Below are positions 9,851-19,569 of a DNA stretch of 64,000 bases, piece by piece; positions within the stretch are counted from its first letter, which is position 1; every line of letters starts with the position of its first letter. The position numbers and the translations under genes are program-made. Location: assembly GCA_051599415.1 (NCBI GenBank), contig AP039692.1, positions 310,001 to 374,000 of the forward strand, read 5' to 3'. A model generated the notes under the pieces. That model did no database searches and was not told where the DNA came from. It worked only from the letters and a program-made list of their open reading frames with translations. The stretch comes from Savitreella phatthalungensis (taxonomy: Eukaryota).

Positions 9851-10102
9851 CACTCCCCTCACCAAGCATCAGGCGTGTGGTGCTCATTTGGAGGGAAATT
9901 AAACAGGGAGATGTGGAGCCGGCTGGGCATTACCTGGGACTGTTGCGTAGGTGGCTTAGCACATGCACATGCACATTGACGAGGTATACAATTACTACTC
10001 TGCTGTGGAACGTGCGCTCAATCCAGGAGTCCCTCTCGACCAACGAGTGCTTTACCAAGGACCGTCGCTGCGCGCACACACACACATCTCCACAGAGTGA
10101 CC

Positions 10103-10651
10103 ATGTCGGGAGGGAAGCATGCAGGCGCCGGCGGTGGAGGAAGGGAGGAGCAGGAGATGCCGCCTTCTTACGAGGAGGCTTCTGGCGCTTCGCGACCACG
10201 GCCGCCTGTGCCTGGGCAGTCGCAGGGTTACCACCCCGGCATGCCGCAGCAGCAGGGTGGATGGGGTTCGGCTTGGGGGCAAGCACCGTTTGCGTACCCG
10301 CGAGGGTACTTCTGCAACAAGTGCGCGAACACAGGCATCAAGCGATCAAACGGTCACCCATGCGGCACGTGCGAGCGCAAATTCGGCAGGCAGGGCGTCC
10401 AGGTCGCGTATGCGCCACCACAGCCGTACGCCGTTCAGACGAGCTACACCCCAGGACTCTTCGGAGGATATACGGAGACGTATGTGCCAATGGCACCGCA
10501 GGGTGGTGGGATGACCGTCATGGCAGGGGATCCTAGAATCGGTGGGCGGTTGTGCGGTAATTGTAAAGGGTATGGTGTGAGGTCGTCGATGCTCGGGCTG
10601 GTGGAAGAACAGTGTCACATCTGTCGAGGGATCGGACGCATTCTTCCCTAG
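10103..10651 (+). CDS. HUA1: Hua1-like proline-rich zinc-finger protein
   Basis: PPSY motif, YPRGYFCNKCANTGIK..GHPCGTC and GDPRIGGRLCGNCKGYG..CHICRGIGRI. Confidence 0.8.
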   Translation: MSGGKHAGAGGGGREEQEMPPSYEEASGASRPRPPVPGQSQGYHPGMPQQQGGWGSAWGQAPFAYPRGYFCNKCANTGIKRSNGHPCGTCERKFGRQGVQVAYAPPQPYAVQTSYTPGLFGGYTETYVPMAPQGGGMTVMAGDPRIGGRLCGNCKGYGVRSSMLGLVEEQCHICRGIGRILP

Positions 10652-10843
10652 CCTCTTCCACACCTCCATATTCGAACCTCTTTCGAATTGTGGATATACG
10701 ACATGCACGACTTTGTTCGAAATGATCATTATTTCACCGTTCACGTACGCTGACTGATTGACTTGGGGCTTGTCGTCTCTCATCCATTTCCTCTACCTAG
10801 CGTTGCTGTGTTCTTGGTACTTTGTACTTTGTTGCAGGGAGAT

Positions 10844-11138
10844 TTACTTGTCGGTGACTGCGCTGCCGCCGTCGATGCCCGTGAGCTTGGCGAATGTGGT
10901 AGCGATTGGGTCTGCCTTTGTCTGATCCTTGAATCTGGAGGAGTGTTAGTGGATAGGCTCTGGGACAGGGAAGAAAGGGGTTTGCTTACTGCTCGGCCTT
11001 CTCCTGCGACATTGAGCGCTTCTTCTGAAGACCCTTGAAGTAACCGCCGCCTTGACCGTCGTTGCCGAGACCGAGTGGCTTTGCAGAATCCTGGCGAGCT
11101 GCGTCTGTGACGTTGATGTGGTGGTTTGCAGAAGACAT
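10844..11138 (-). CDS. Small spliced hydrophilic protein, 79 aa; exons 11138-10990 and 10934-10844
   Basis: ATG in good context (CAACATG). A 55-nt intron GTAAGC..CTAAC..CAG restores the frame: MSSANHHINVTDAARQDSAKPLGLGNDGQGGGYFKGLQKKRSMSQEKAEQFKDQTKADPIATTFAKLTGIDGGSAVTDK*. Confidence 0.75.
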
Positions 11139-11312
11139 GTTGTGGTTGGTGATAGGTAGAGAATGTGGCGAGTGATGTTGTGCGTTTACTTGAGAGTAGG
11201 GTTGTCGTGGATAGAGGGTTACAGAGAGGTGTGTGTCTGTGACTCTGTGTGCGTGCGTATGACTGTGTGTGTATGAGAGTGGGTTGAGACGGTCGAGTGA
11301 GTGTAGTAGAAG

Positions 11313-11357
11313 GTGATTGATTGATTTGATTGATTGATTTATTTGATTGATTGATTG
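11313..11357. repeat. Imperfect (GATT)n microsatellite
   Basis: Seen directly in the sequence, upstream of the 79-aa gene. Confidence 0.8.
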
Positions 11358-11952
11358 ACTGATACTGTAGTGCAGATGCAGCTAGGGTGACAGTGATGTA
11401 TGTGCTTTCCACTGGAACACTCTACTAGTAGTATAAACTATAACTACGACATCCACTAATTACCCATACGCACATATACTCAAATCTCACTGGCGTTCTG
11501 AACCCTGACGCCTGCTCACTTCACTCAGACACTCATCCACTCATACACCTACTCAATCAATTACTTGAACTGTATCTGAAGAAATCATTTCTAGATCCAT
11601 TTTCCTCATTCAGAATGAGCCTGAAGTGTGATTGGCTAGAATGGGACATAGAACATCGTCATTGACGTCATCAGATCACATTTCATATTTGTTAGACTGC
11701 AAATAGATATCATATATCCACATATATATGTATATATATACATACATACAATTGTATGAAATCTACGTACACTGATCAATCAGACCATCAACCTGCACGT
11801 GCAGTATAGAAACTTCTAAGTCGTGTGGCAAGCAGGCTACACATATACCCGTAGGTACACACTCTAAGGACTGATGGAATCATCAAGTCACCTAGTCACC
11901 GAGTCATCGAGTCATAACATGGAAATGATAGGTAGAAAGAACGAAAAGAGAG

Positions 11953-13437
11953 TTAGTCCATCAGATTCAAGGAGAGTGTACGACCAAGTCCTCTACCCTG
12001 CATTCTACCCGGTTGAACCACTCCATCTAGCAAGTCACTCCTCTGACTTGACGACTTCTCACCATCCTCAAAGTCTCCAAACTCCTCCTCTTCTTCTTCC
12101 TTTGTCCCATCCGCCTCATTTCCATCATAGGCCCCGTGAATATGTCTGTCTTGCCTAAGCTCCTTCTTGTCGATCGACCGTGAGGCATTTTCCTGGATCG
12201 AGCTAAGCGGTTTGTGTATCGGAGATGAGCTTTGGAATTCGCCAAAGTCATCAGACACCGTTCTCACCAAAGGCTTCCTGACAATCCCGGCTTCAGATTG
12301 AGGTCTCTGTCTTGACCCAAACGCCTTGGTGAAAACGACCGGGTCCAGCTGAACGACTGGCGGCTGCTCTGTCGTCGGCGTCAGCATGAGCAAATCGTCC
12401 CCTGGCGTTCGATGACTGCCACTTTCTACGCGTGTGTCGACGGCAGGTTCATCGAAGATTCCCAAGTCTTCAAATACATTCGATGACGATGCTGCAGTCG
12501 TGCTGGCGGGTGGCGTGATTGGTGGCAACCATGGGGTTTCGGTGGATTGACGTTGCGGTAAAGCCGCGCGAGCCTCTTGAAACTGACCAAAACTCTCGTC
12601 ACCTGGCGACTTGATTGGACTCTGGAGATTCTCCCTTGGCTTTGATTGTGCGCTTGCGGGGGTAGTGGATTTGCCTTCCATTGTTGCTATGTGACTCGTC
12701 CTGGTCACATGAGGCGATGTCGACACAGCTAACCTCGGAGCAGACCTGACTGGCGTTCGATGTGGCGTGATGCTCCTTTGCGGTGGTGGAACGCCGGAGA
12801 ACCGCTTGAGAAGAGGTTCCTCCTTGCTCTTCAGGTTCCAGCCAAACAGGCCAGCGCCAATCGACTCTCTTGTCTTGCCCGCCGGCGATGTTAGTAAGGA
12901 CGTTCCCATCGACGAAGGACGCTGCTCCCATGATGACTTTGCTTCCTGCCCTTTCCGCCAAGCCACCAAGATCTTCGTCATCTCCTGCCTCACGCCCGAC
13001 ATCAGTCCAGCCTCCACACGGCGCTTCCCAAAACCCTGTGGAATCGTAACGAGGCGGTTCCACGTCTCACGTACCTGGTCAATCGACAGAGGAGCATGAT
13101 CAATATCCAGGACAGGCTTGTGGTCGTCCGCTGTATCGTGCACTTTCAAGCTCTTGACTGAAGCCAGTAGCTTTTCTAGCTCAGCATGTCGATCGAGCGT
13201 CAGGGATAGGACATGCTGTGGCAGCTCTGAAGCAGTAGATTCAAAATCCGTCAATGCGGATTTCTCTATCGACCCAGGGCTTGCTCGACTCACCGGTGCT
13301 GCCTGAGCCCATGGATCCTCATCGCCCGGGACGACCACCGGCGTGCTCCACACATTGTCCTCCCCGTCCCCGTTTCCGTGGAGCGATTGTGTCTCTGCAT
13401 GGCCAAATGACATCTCAAGCACATCCCCAGTTGCCAT
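11953..13437 (-). CDS. Uncharacterised, largely disordered protein with three acidic FGxF motifs (possible AP-1/GGA gamma-ear ligand)
   Basis: 494-aa ATG-initiated ORF containing ESFGQF, DDFGEF and EEFGDF. Confidence 0.7.
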   Translation of the reverse strand: MATGDVLEMSFGHAETQSLHGNGDGEDNVWSTPVVVPGDEDPWAQAAPVSRASPGSIEKSALTDFESTASELPQHVLSLTLDRHAELEKLLASVKSLKVHDTADDHKPVLDIDHAPLSIDQVRETWNRLVTIPQGFGKRRVEAGLMSGVRQEMTKILVAWRKGQEAKSSWEQRPSSMGTSLLTSPAGKTRESIGAGLFGWNLKSKEEPLLKRFSGVPPPQRSITPHRTPVRSAPRLAVSTSPHVTRTSHIATMEGKSTTPASAQSKPRENLQSPIKSPGDESFGQFQEARAALPQRQSTETPWLPPITPPASTTAASSSNVFEDLGIFDEPAVDTRVESGSHRTPGDDLLMLTPTTEQPPVVQLDPVVFTKAFGSRQRPQSEAGIVRKPLVRTVSDDFGEFQSSSPIHKPLSSIQENASRSIDKKELRQDRHIHGAYDGNEADGTKEEEEEEFGDFEDGEKSSSQRSDLLDGVVQPGRMQGRGLGRTLSLNLMD

Positions 13438-13678
13438 CCACTAGCACAAGTCCTAGCAACTCATCGTGCATGACTTATACAGCCCCGTACCTCTCTGTGT
13501 TATGCTTGCTGCCACCTGTAATCTCCACATGTGCATCGTAAGTATGCACAGCGGATCAACAATTCTTCCTCACCTCTGCATATGCACGGTCGAACGATTG
13601 ATTCTCCACTACAGTACATGTGACGTATACCTACAAAGCACATCTCATCCATTGAGCCAACACGATCTGTCCTTTGCG

Positions 13679-15072
13679 ATGTCAGGTATCGACGAGTTTG
13701 TTGGCATCACTGGCGCATTGACTACGCAGGCTGATTTCTTTCTCAAGTCAGCAAATGGTGACCTTGCTGTATGACTCGGCCTTTTTCCCCATTCATTTCA
13801 GCCTCACTAACCACACATCCAGCAAGCACTAGAGCTTTTCTATGCGGAGCATGGCGGAGACGACGCTCGCTCAGCCTCGAGTGCAGACGCTGGCGGTACC
13901 GGAGAGCGTGTGGGATCTGCTGGTGTTGGCGAGATAGGTCGACCGTCTAGCGGATCGTCTGTGAATGGTGGTGGTGGTGGTGGAAGAGCTTCTAAATCAT
14001 CGTCGTCACGGCGTACGGGTCTAGCTACGTTCTCAAGTCTGCGTGATGCAGAAGAGGAGGATGACGACGATGATGAGAAGCCGGCAGAGTTCTATACGGG
14101 TGGAGAGAAAAGCGGACTCGGCGTGATCGACCCTAACAAAGCACGAAGACAGCAGGGAACAGGAGGTGCCGGCACATCGGCAGGTGGGTCTGCAGGACCA
14201 CAAGACCTTCTCGAACAGATTCTACGGAAAGCAGCAGCGTAAGTCCATACTTTGACTCCTACGGCTACAAGAGATTCACGACAGCTGACACAGTTGACAG
14301 AGGTGGTTCGAATGGTCCAGGAGAGGAGGATGAGGATAGTATGGCAGGTGGATCAGGTGGTCGCTCTGCATTTAGAGGCTCTGGCTATACGCTGGGTGGC
14401 GACGAGACTGAATCGAGAAAGGTGGAGGATCCGAACGAGCCACTTCGCCGGCTGCTTGCGCAGCGCCCGCAGGAGGTAAAACGGGTGTTGAAGCTGTGGC
14501 GGAATGGGTTCTCCGTGGATGACGGGCCACTCTACAGATTTGACGATCCTGCCAACAAGGCGTACCTGGAGCAGATCAACAACGGCCGCGCACCACTCGA
14601 GGTGCTCAATGTCGAGTACGGTCAGCCGGTGACAGTCCACGTCGAGAAACGCTCTGACGAAGACTACACACCACCGCCAAAGACGCATAAACCTTTCGAG
14701 GGCAAGGGTCACCGCCTAGGCGCGGAGATTCCACCTCGTCCTGAACCCGTAAATCCACCAACGTCCGCAGCGGAACCCACCTCAGCGGGGTCAAAAACGA
14801 AGACGCCGCAGGCAGACGTGGACGAATCCAAGCCGACGACGACAGTCCAGGTACGGATGGCGTCTGGTGGTCGCCTGGCTCTGCGATTGAATACAACCCA
14901 CACGATTGCTGACTTGTATGCGCTCGTGTCAACGGCCGATAACGAGTCTGGGTCTACTCGAGATTTTGTCCTCCTGACTCCATTCCCAAGAAAGGAGTTT
15001 GCAAAGGACGATACAACGACGGTCGAAACAGCAGGACTTCTAAAAGGCGTCGTCCAGCAAAAGTACCTGTGA
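13679..15072 (+). CDS. SHP1: Cdc48/p97 cofactor p47 (UBA-SEP-UBX); exons 13679-13768, 13823-14238, 14301-15072
   Basis: Introns GTATGA..CTAAC..CAG and GTAAGT..CTGAC..CAG keep the frame. SEP domain (LWRNGFSVDDGPL), SHP boxes (FRGSGYTLG, FEGKGHRLG) and a UBX domain with the FPR loop. Confidence 0.93.
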
Positions 15073-15144
15073 TGACAACGTAGCACGGCAGGACGGTTCG
15101 CCGTCGAACGTAGAGAACAGAGAGGTTTCCATTCTCACGCAAAA

Positions 15145-16020
15145 TCAGATCTCCCCAGCAGAGATCTTGATATCCTCCGTGTCGTCCTCCTCCTCTTCCT
15201 CCTTGTCGCTGTCAGCTGATACATCATCAGCTTTGCCTTTACCCTTGCCCACTGCTGCCCCCAAGTCGGTTCCCTTTGTGGAGTTGTCCGTGAGCTTCTC
15301 TCTCGCCATCTCGAGTGCCAGCAGGTACAACACGATCTCCTCCCTCTTGTTGTACTCTGCTTCGTCGATAGCTCTGCGGTTAGCCTTATTCTTGATGGTC
15401 ATATCCGTGCCCTTCCACCTGCTGCCCCTGCATGCGTTCCCCATACCTGGGGCTAACTGTGTTGCTGGATCCGCTAGGACCTTGACGACATCCAGGTGGC
15501 CATTCAGACATGCCCAGTGCAAAGCCGTATTCCCACCCTCGTTCTGCAGATCACCTACCTCGCCCACACGCTCACCAAGCCTATCACACAGGTACCGCAC
15601 CACACCAGCATGCCCGTTCCCGGCAGCGTAGTGTAATCCCGTGTTGCCTGATCCAGATTCCGCCTGAGCGAGCGTGTCCCGTGTGTACATGTCGGCGAAG
15701 TCAGGCTCGGATGCGGACAGGGTAGATCGAGCAGAGTCGAAGAAGCTGGAGAGGTCAGAAAGCTCACCGTATCGGCAACTCTCCAGGACGTACTCGAATA
15801 CTGCAGAGTTAGGACCGTTGTCGTGCAGGTCAACGGAGACGGCTTCTTCCTCAGAATCGTCAGCAGTAGAGCGTTCGGCACCAGAGAGGATGATGCCGCC
15901 AGTGGGAGGCACGTCTGTGCCTGGAATCTCAGGCACTTTGGAGGCGTTTGTGGTTGCTGTATCGGCTTGATTGGTCGAGGTGGATGACGATGGTGTAGGA
16001 GATGGAGAGGATGTAGCCAT
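15145..16020 (-). CDS. YAR1: Ankyrin-repeat protein, Yar1-like (Rps3 chaperone)
   Basis: CRYGEL, GNTGLHYAAGNGH, GNTALHWACLNGHLDVVK, IKNK..AIDEAE and an acidic tail. Confidence 0.8.
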   Translation of the reverse strand: MATSSPSPTPSSSTSTNQADTATTNASKVPEIPGTDVPPTGGIILSGAERSTADDSEEEAVSVDLHDNGPNSAVFEYVLESCRYGELSDLSSFFDSARSTLSASEPDFADMYTRDTLAQAESGSGNTGLHYAAGNGHAGVVRYLCDRLGERVGEVGDLQNEGGNTALHWACLNGHLDVVKVLADPATQLAPGMGNACRGSRWKGTDMTIKNKANRRAIDEAEYNKREEIVLYLLALEMAREKLTDNSTKGTDLGAAVGKGKGKADDVSADSDKEEEEEDDTEDIKISAGEI

Positions 16021-16404
16021 GACTACGAATCTCTTTAGTCGAGCGCTGTACAGGAACTCCTAGAGCTCGATGTCACTGATGGTGTGGAACGTCTTCTTGA
16101 GCTTGGCTGTCTAGGTTGTGATTTAAATGATTGATTGATCGACCGACTTCCTGAACGAGACTAGATTCTGTGATCTATTTTAAGACCAGCTGGGAGTTGG
16201 ACGTCATTGACAGACCCTTGGCAGTGCACAGTAAACAGTATTCGTTGTACAGGAGGCAGTACGATAGTAGTTAGTGTCACCGTGGTAGCAGAAGGAACGA
16301 CCAACTTCAAGATGGGTGGTTTGTATCTTGACGGAACGTAATTCTTACTAGTAGTACATGATTGATCGGACGAGAAGAACAGTATCGACTCGACTGAACA
16401 GCTT

Positions 16405-17067
16405 CTATGCAATGCCGAGTACACGTCTGACTGTACGACGGACTATCCGATCGTACTCCTTCCGATCATTTCGCCATACTTTGGCAGCATCGATATTGGC
16501 GGGGGATTCGTCATTAGGTTCAGCCAGCATTGACATGACCGAGAGCAAGATCTTCTCGATCGATTGCACTGGTGACCATCTCTCAGAAGCCTATTTTCCA
16601 TCACTAGTCAGCAGATGCACTGTAATCGCCTTCGACTCGTGAAGTTTTGAATAGAAGACAAGGGATTGACTTGGCTTACCGTCTCATACATGTTGGGATC
16701 ATCTCCCGGAGCGTGTAGAATAGAGATGCAAACCTCTCCGTTCTTGTACACATTAGGATGATAGAATTCGCATTCGAACTTCATCACAGGTGGAGAGAGC
16801 GGGTAGTCCTTTGGGAAAGTGAGACTTGCAGGGAAGAGGCCGTCCTCGAATGGTGAGCCTTCTGGGCCAGATATCAGCGCTTCCCAGCTGTACAAATGGG
16901 TCAGCAATGAACTCGAGTGGGATCTGCATTGCAAACCCGTGACTGAATAGGAAAGGAGAATCCTACCGGAAGAAATCGTCCTCTGATATTGGTCCAGCTG
17001 TGATACCTTCAGGCGCATTGACCGTCAGCTCCTGGTACTCCTTCATCAATCTCCTGACTGCCGTCAT
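16405..17067 (-). CDS. UBC7: Ubiquitin-conjugating enzyme Ubc7 (UBE2G2); exons 17067-16967, 16887-16680, 16590-16405
   Basis: Spliced product [67 protein letters not shown]. Both introns are canonical. Confidence 0.95.
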
Positions 17068-17867
17068 AGCGCCAACGTTCGATATGCAGCCTGTGCAACT
17101 GATGATTCCTCGGTGCGATTGTCCGACTTCTACTTGCGCCGTCAGACTTCCTTGTAGCCTTGAACTGACTTGGGACGCCTGGTAGAGAGTGGTAACTATG
17201 GGCAGAGATGAAGGCGTATAGTGTTGTGTACTATATCACAATCAATCACATGCACATGCATGCTGTACATATGGACGCTGTATGCATTCATGGCTACGCT
17301 TGCTCAAACCAGGAAAAGGGAAAAAGATGCACAAAAATCAGATCAACCAAGAAAACGATTCAATCGTCGAGGTGGCAAATCTACATCATCTTCTGCACCC
17401 ATCTCATACCCATACCTACCCTCTTATCCTTCGAGCATATCCCTTTGCTGGTCAAGTCTGGAGGATTGATAGATATGCGCACGCTATAAGATACTCAGCG
17501 CACAATGCGCGGGAGGCTGATCATCTGAACTTCCAACGAGATGTGCTTCAGACTGATACACCGTTGATCCGTCTCCAGAGGGCTGCTACTTATGTAGCGC
17601 CTCAGATCTGCGTTTTTGGATCGACTGAGACCTGCGTGACCAAAATGATAGCAATTTGGCGCCTGCACGAGACCTGCTTCTCCGATGATCTTATCACATG
17701 GCACTTTACTCTAATCCTCCGCACTCTTTCCCGATGCCGGGGTCTGATAGACTGGTTTCGTGCTCCGGTTCCGAGGTCGATGCTCTTCCACACTTTGACA
17801 AACACGCAAGACATCAGCAATACAAAAGGTCGGCTGCGAACATCACACAAGACTATCTCGTCTAGAG

Positions 17868-19508
17868 ATGTGGTATCGACACCTTGCACTATTCACCTTT
17901 CCCTTCATTACCCTCGCGCAGACACTCGACCCAATTGTCGACGTCGGGTATGCTCGCTATCGAGGCTACATTGACACTGAAAACAAGCTCGCAGCCTTCA
18001 AAGGCATGCGCTTCGCGGAAAAGCCTGAGCGTTTCCGCAGGGCAAAACAACCCGCAGTCGACAACACTTCGGCCAGCAGTCTAGCAATTGTTGACGCCAC
18101 CGAATACTCGGTCTTCTGTCCACAGGCCCGTCCGGACGTACCAGAGAGCTCGAAAAACGTACCGCCAGTTGAAACTATCGCCACAGACGAGGATTGCCTC
18201 TTTCTGAACGTATTCTTCCCACAAAATGCACCGGTCGATGCCAAACTTCCAGTGGTGGTCTACATCCACGGAGGCGGCTATGGACAAGGTGGCGGATCCA
18301 CAAATTCATCTTACATGCGGTCAGTCGCTGAAGGGGATTTCGTGTTTGTCTCGATTCAATACCGCTTGGGAGTCTTTGGGTTTCTGTCCTCTGCTGAGGT
18401 AGCAAAAGACGGCGACTTGAACGTCGGCCTGCTCGATCAGGAGCTTGCACTTGAATGGATCCAGACTCACATCTCCAAATTCGGTGGCGACCCTTCACGC
18501 GTCACGATCTGGGGAGAATCTGCCGGTGCAGGATCTGTCATGCAGCACCTGCTTGCGTACGGCGGCCGTCCGAAATCCAGCGGGCAAATGCTCTTCACCC
18601 AGGCCATAGCGGCATCGCCCTACCTGCCACAGCAGCACGCTTTCGATGGGCCAACTCCAACAGCACGCTATCAGGCGCTTCTTCGTGCCACATCCTGTGA
18701 CTCGCTCGAATGTCTTCGTGGTCTCAACACTACAGTATTGGCGGCTGCAGCAGATAAGGTCGCCAAGCTGGCGCCACCCAGCGAATTCCCATTCACCCCG
18801 GTCACCGACGGCGTCTTTAGCATCGATCGACCCACCGTCCAGTTCAAAAAGGGCGCGATCCGAAGCAATGTCACAATCCTCATCGGTACCAACCACAACG
18901 AGGGAGAAGTCTTCATCCCAGAGACCCTCTCAAGCGATGCTGACTTTGATGGATACGTGACTGCGCTACTGCCCAACATAATGGGATCCATCAGAGAGAC
19001 GCTACTCCAAAAGATGTACCCTGCGCCAGACACGCCGGCCGGGAAGAGGCTATACAGCGACCAGAAGGGCAGAGCTGCGCTTTTGTACGGCGACACGGTG
19101 TTTGTGTGTCCAGCGAATTGGCTTGTGGGTGCGGCTGTGGAGGGGTTGTCGCACAGGTATCGCTATGATGTGGTTCCTGCGTTGCACGGACGCGATGTAT
19201 TGCACTACCTGCCTGACGCCAGTTTTGTCCCATTTACGCCACCGCCGAGCTGGCGTCCCTTTGACGCCGTCTTCGCAGGCACTTTCATCAACTTCGCTCT
19301 TACCGGCATTCCCACGATCCCTGCCTCCCAACCGAAAACCATCACACCCTGGAACTCATCCACACAAACCCTCACAGCCTTCAACGTCACCGATACAGCC
19401 GCAGCCTCCTGGGAACCTGTAGTCACTGAAGCCTCGGCCGCCGTTCTCACAGACGGCGTGGATCGGTGTGAGTTCTGGCGCGAGCACGGTGCGCTCGTTC
19501 CTGAGTAG
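17868..19508 (+). CDS. Secreted type-B carboxylesterase/lipase (alpha/beta hydrolase)
   Basis: Signal-peptide-like N-terminus, EDCLFLNV, HGGG oxyanion motif, GESAG nucleophile motif, and Glu (NEG) and His (LHGRD) candidates. Confidence 0.92.
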   Translation: MWYRHLALFTFPFITLAQTLDPIVDVGYARYRGYIDTENKLAAFKGMRFAEKPERFRRAKQPAVDNTSASSLAIVDATEYSVFCPQARPDVPESSKNVPPVETIATDEDCLFLNVFFPQNAPVDAKLPVVVYIHGGGYGQGGGSTNSSYMRSVAEGDFVFVSIQYRLGVFGFLSSAEVAKDGDLNVGLLDQELALEWIQTHISKFGGDPSRVTIWGESAGAGSVMQHLLAYGGRPKSSGQMLFTQAIAASPYLPQQHAFDGPTPTARYQALLRATSCDSLECLRGLNTTVLAAAADKVAKLAPPSEFPFTPVTDGVFSIDRPTVQFKKGAIRSNVTILIGTNHNEGEVFIPETLSSDADFDGYVTALLPNIMGSIRETLLQKMYPAPDTPAGKRLYSDQKGRAALLYGDTVFVCPANWLVGAAVEGLSHRYRYDVVPALHGRDVLHYLPDASFVPFTPPPSWRPFDAVFAGTFINFALTGIPTIPASQPKTITPWNSSTQTLTAFNVTDTAAASWEPVVTEASAAVLTDGVDRCEFWREHGALVPE

Positions 19509-19569
19509 TCGGTCAATTAGCCTGTTTACAATTTCATCTCGTTTCGTTCATCTACGGAACCATCCGATT

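Noticed and set aside
9077..9979. 300-aa plus-strand ORF, and similar long antisense ORFs over other genes
   Set aside because: These are antisense shadows of GC-rich coding genes with no recognisable motifs.
10780..11412. 210-aa track ORF
   Set aside because: GTG start, runs through (ATCA)n/CA-rich leader sequence. The spliced 79-aa gene explains the region better.
17282..17974. 230-aa ORF upstream of and overlapping the esterase
   Set aside because: No recognisable domain, atypical composition, and it lies in the UBC7/esterase divergent promoter.
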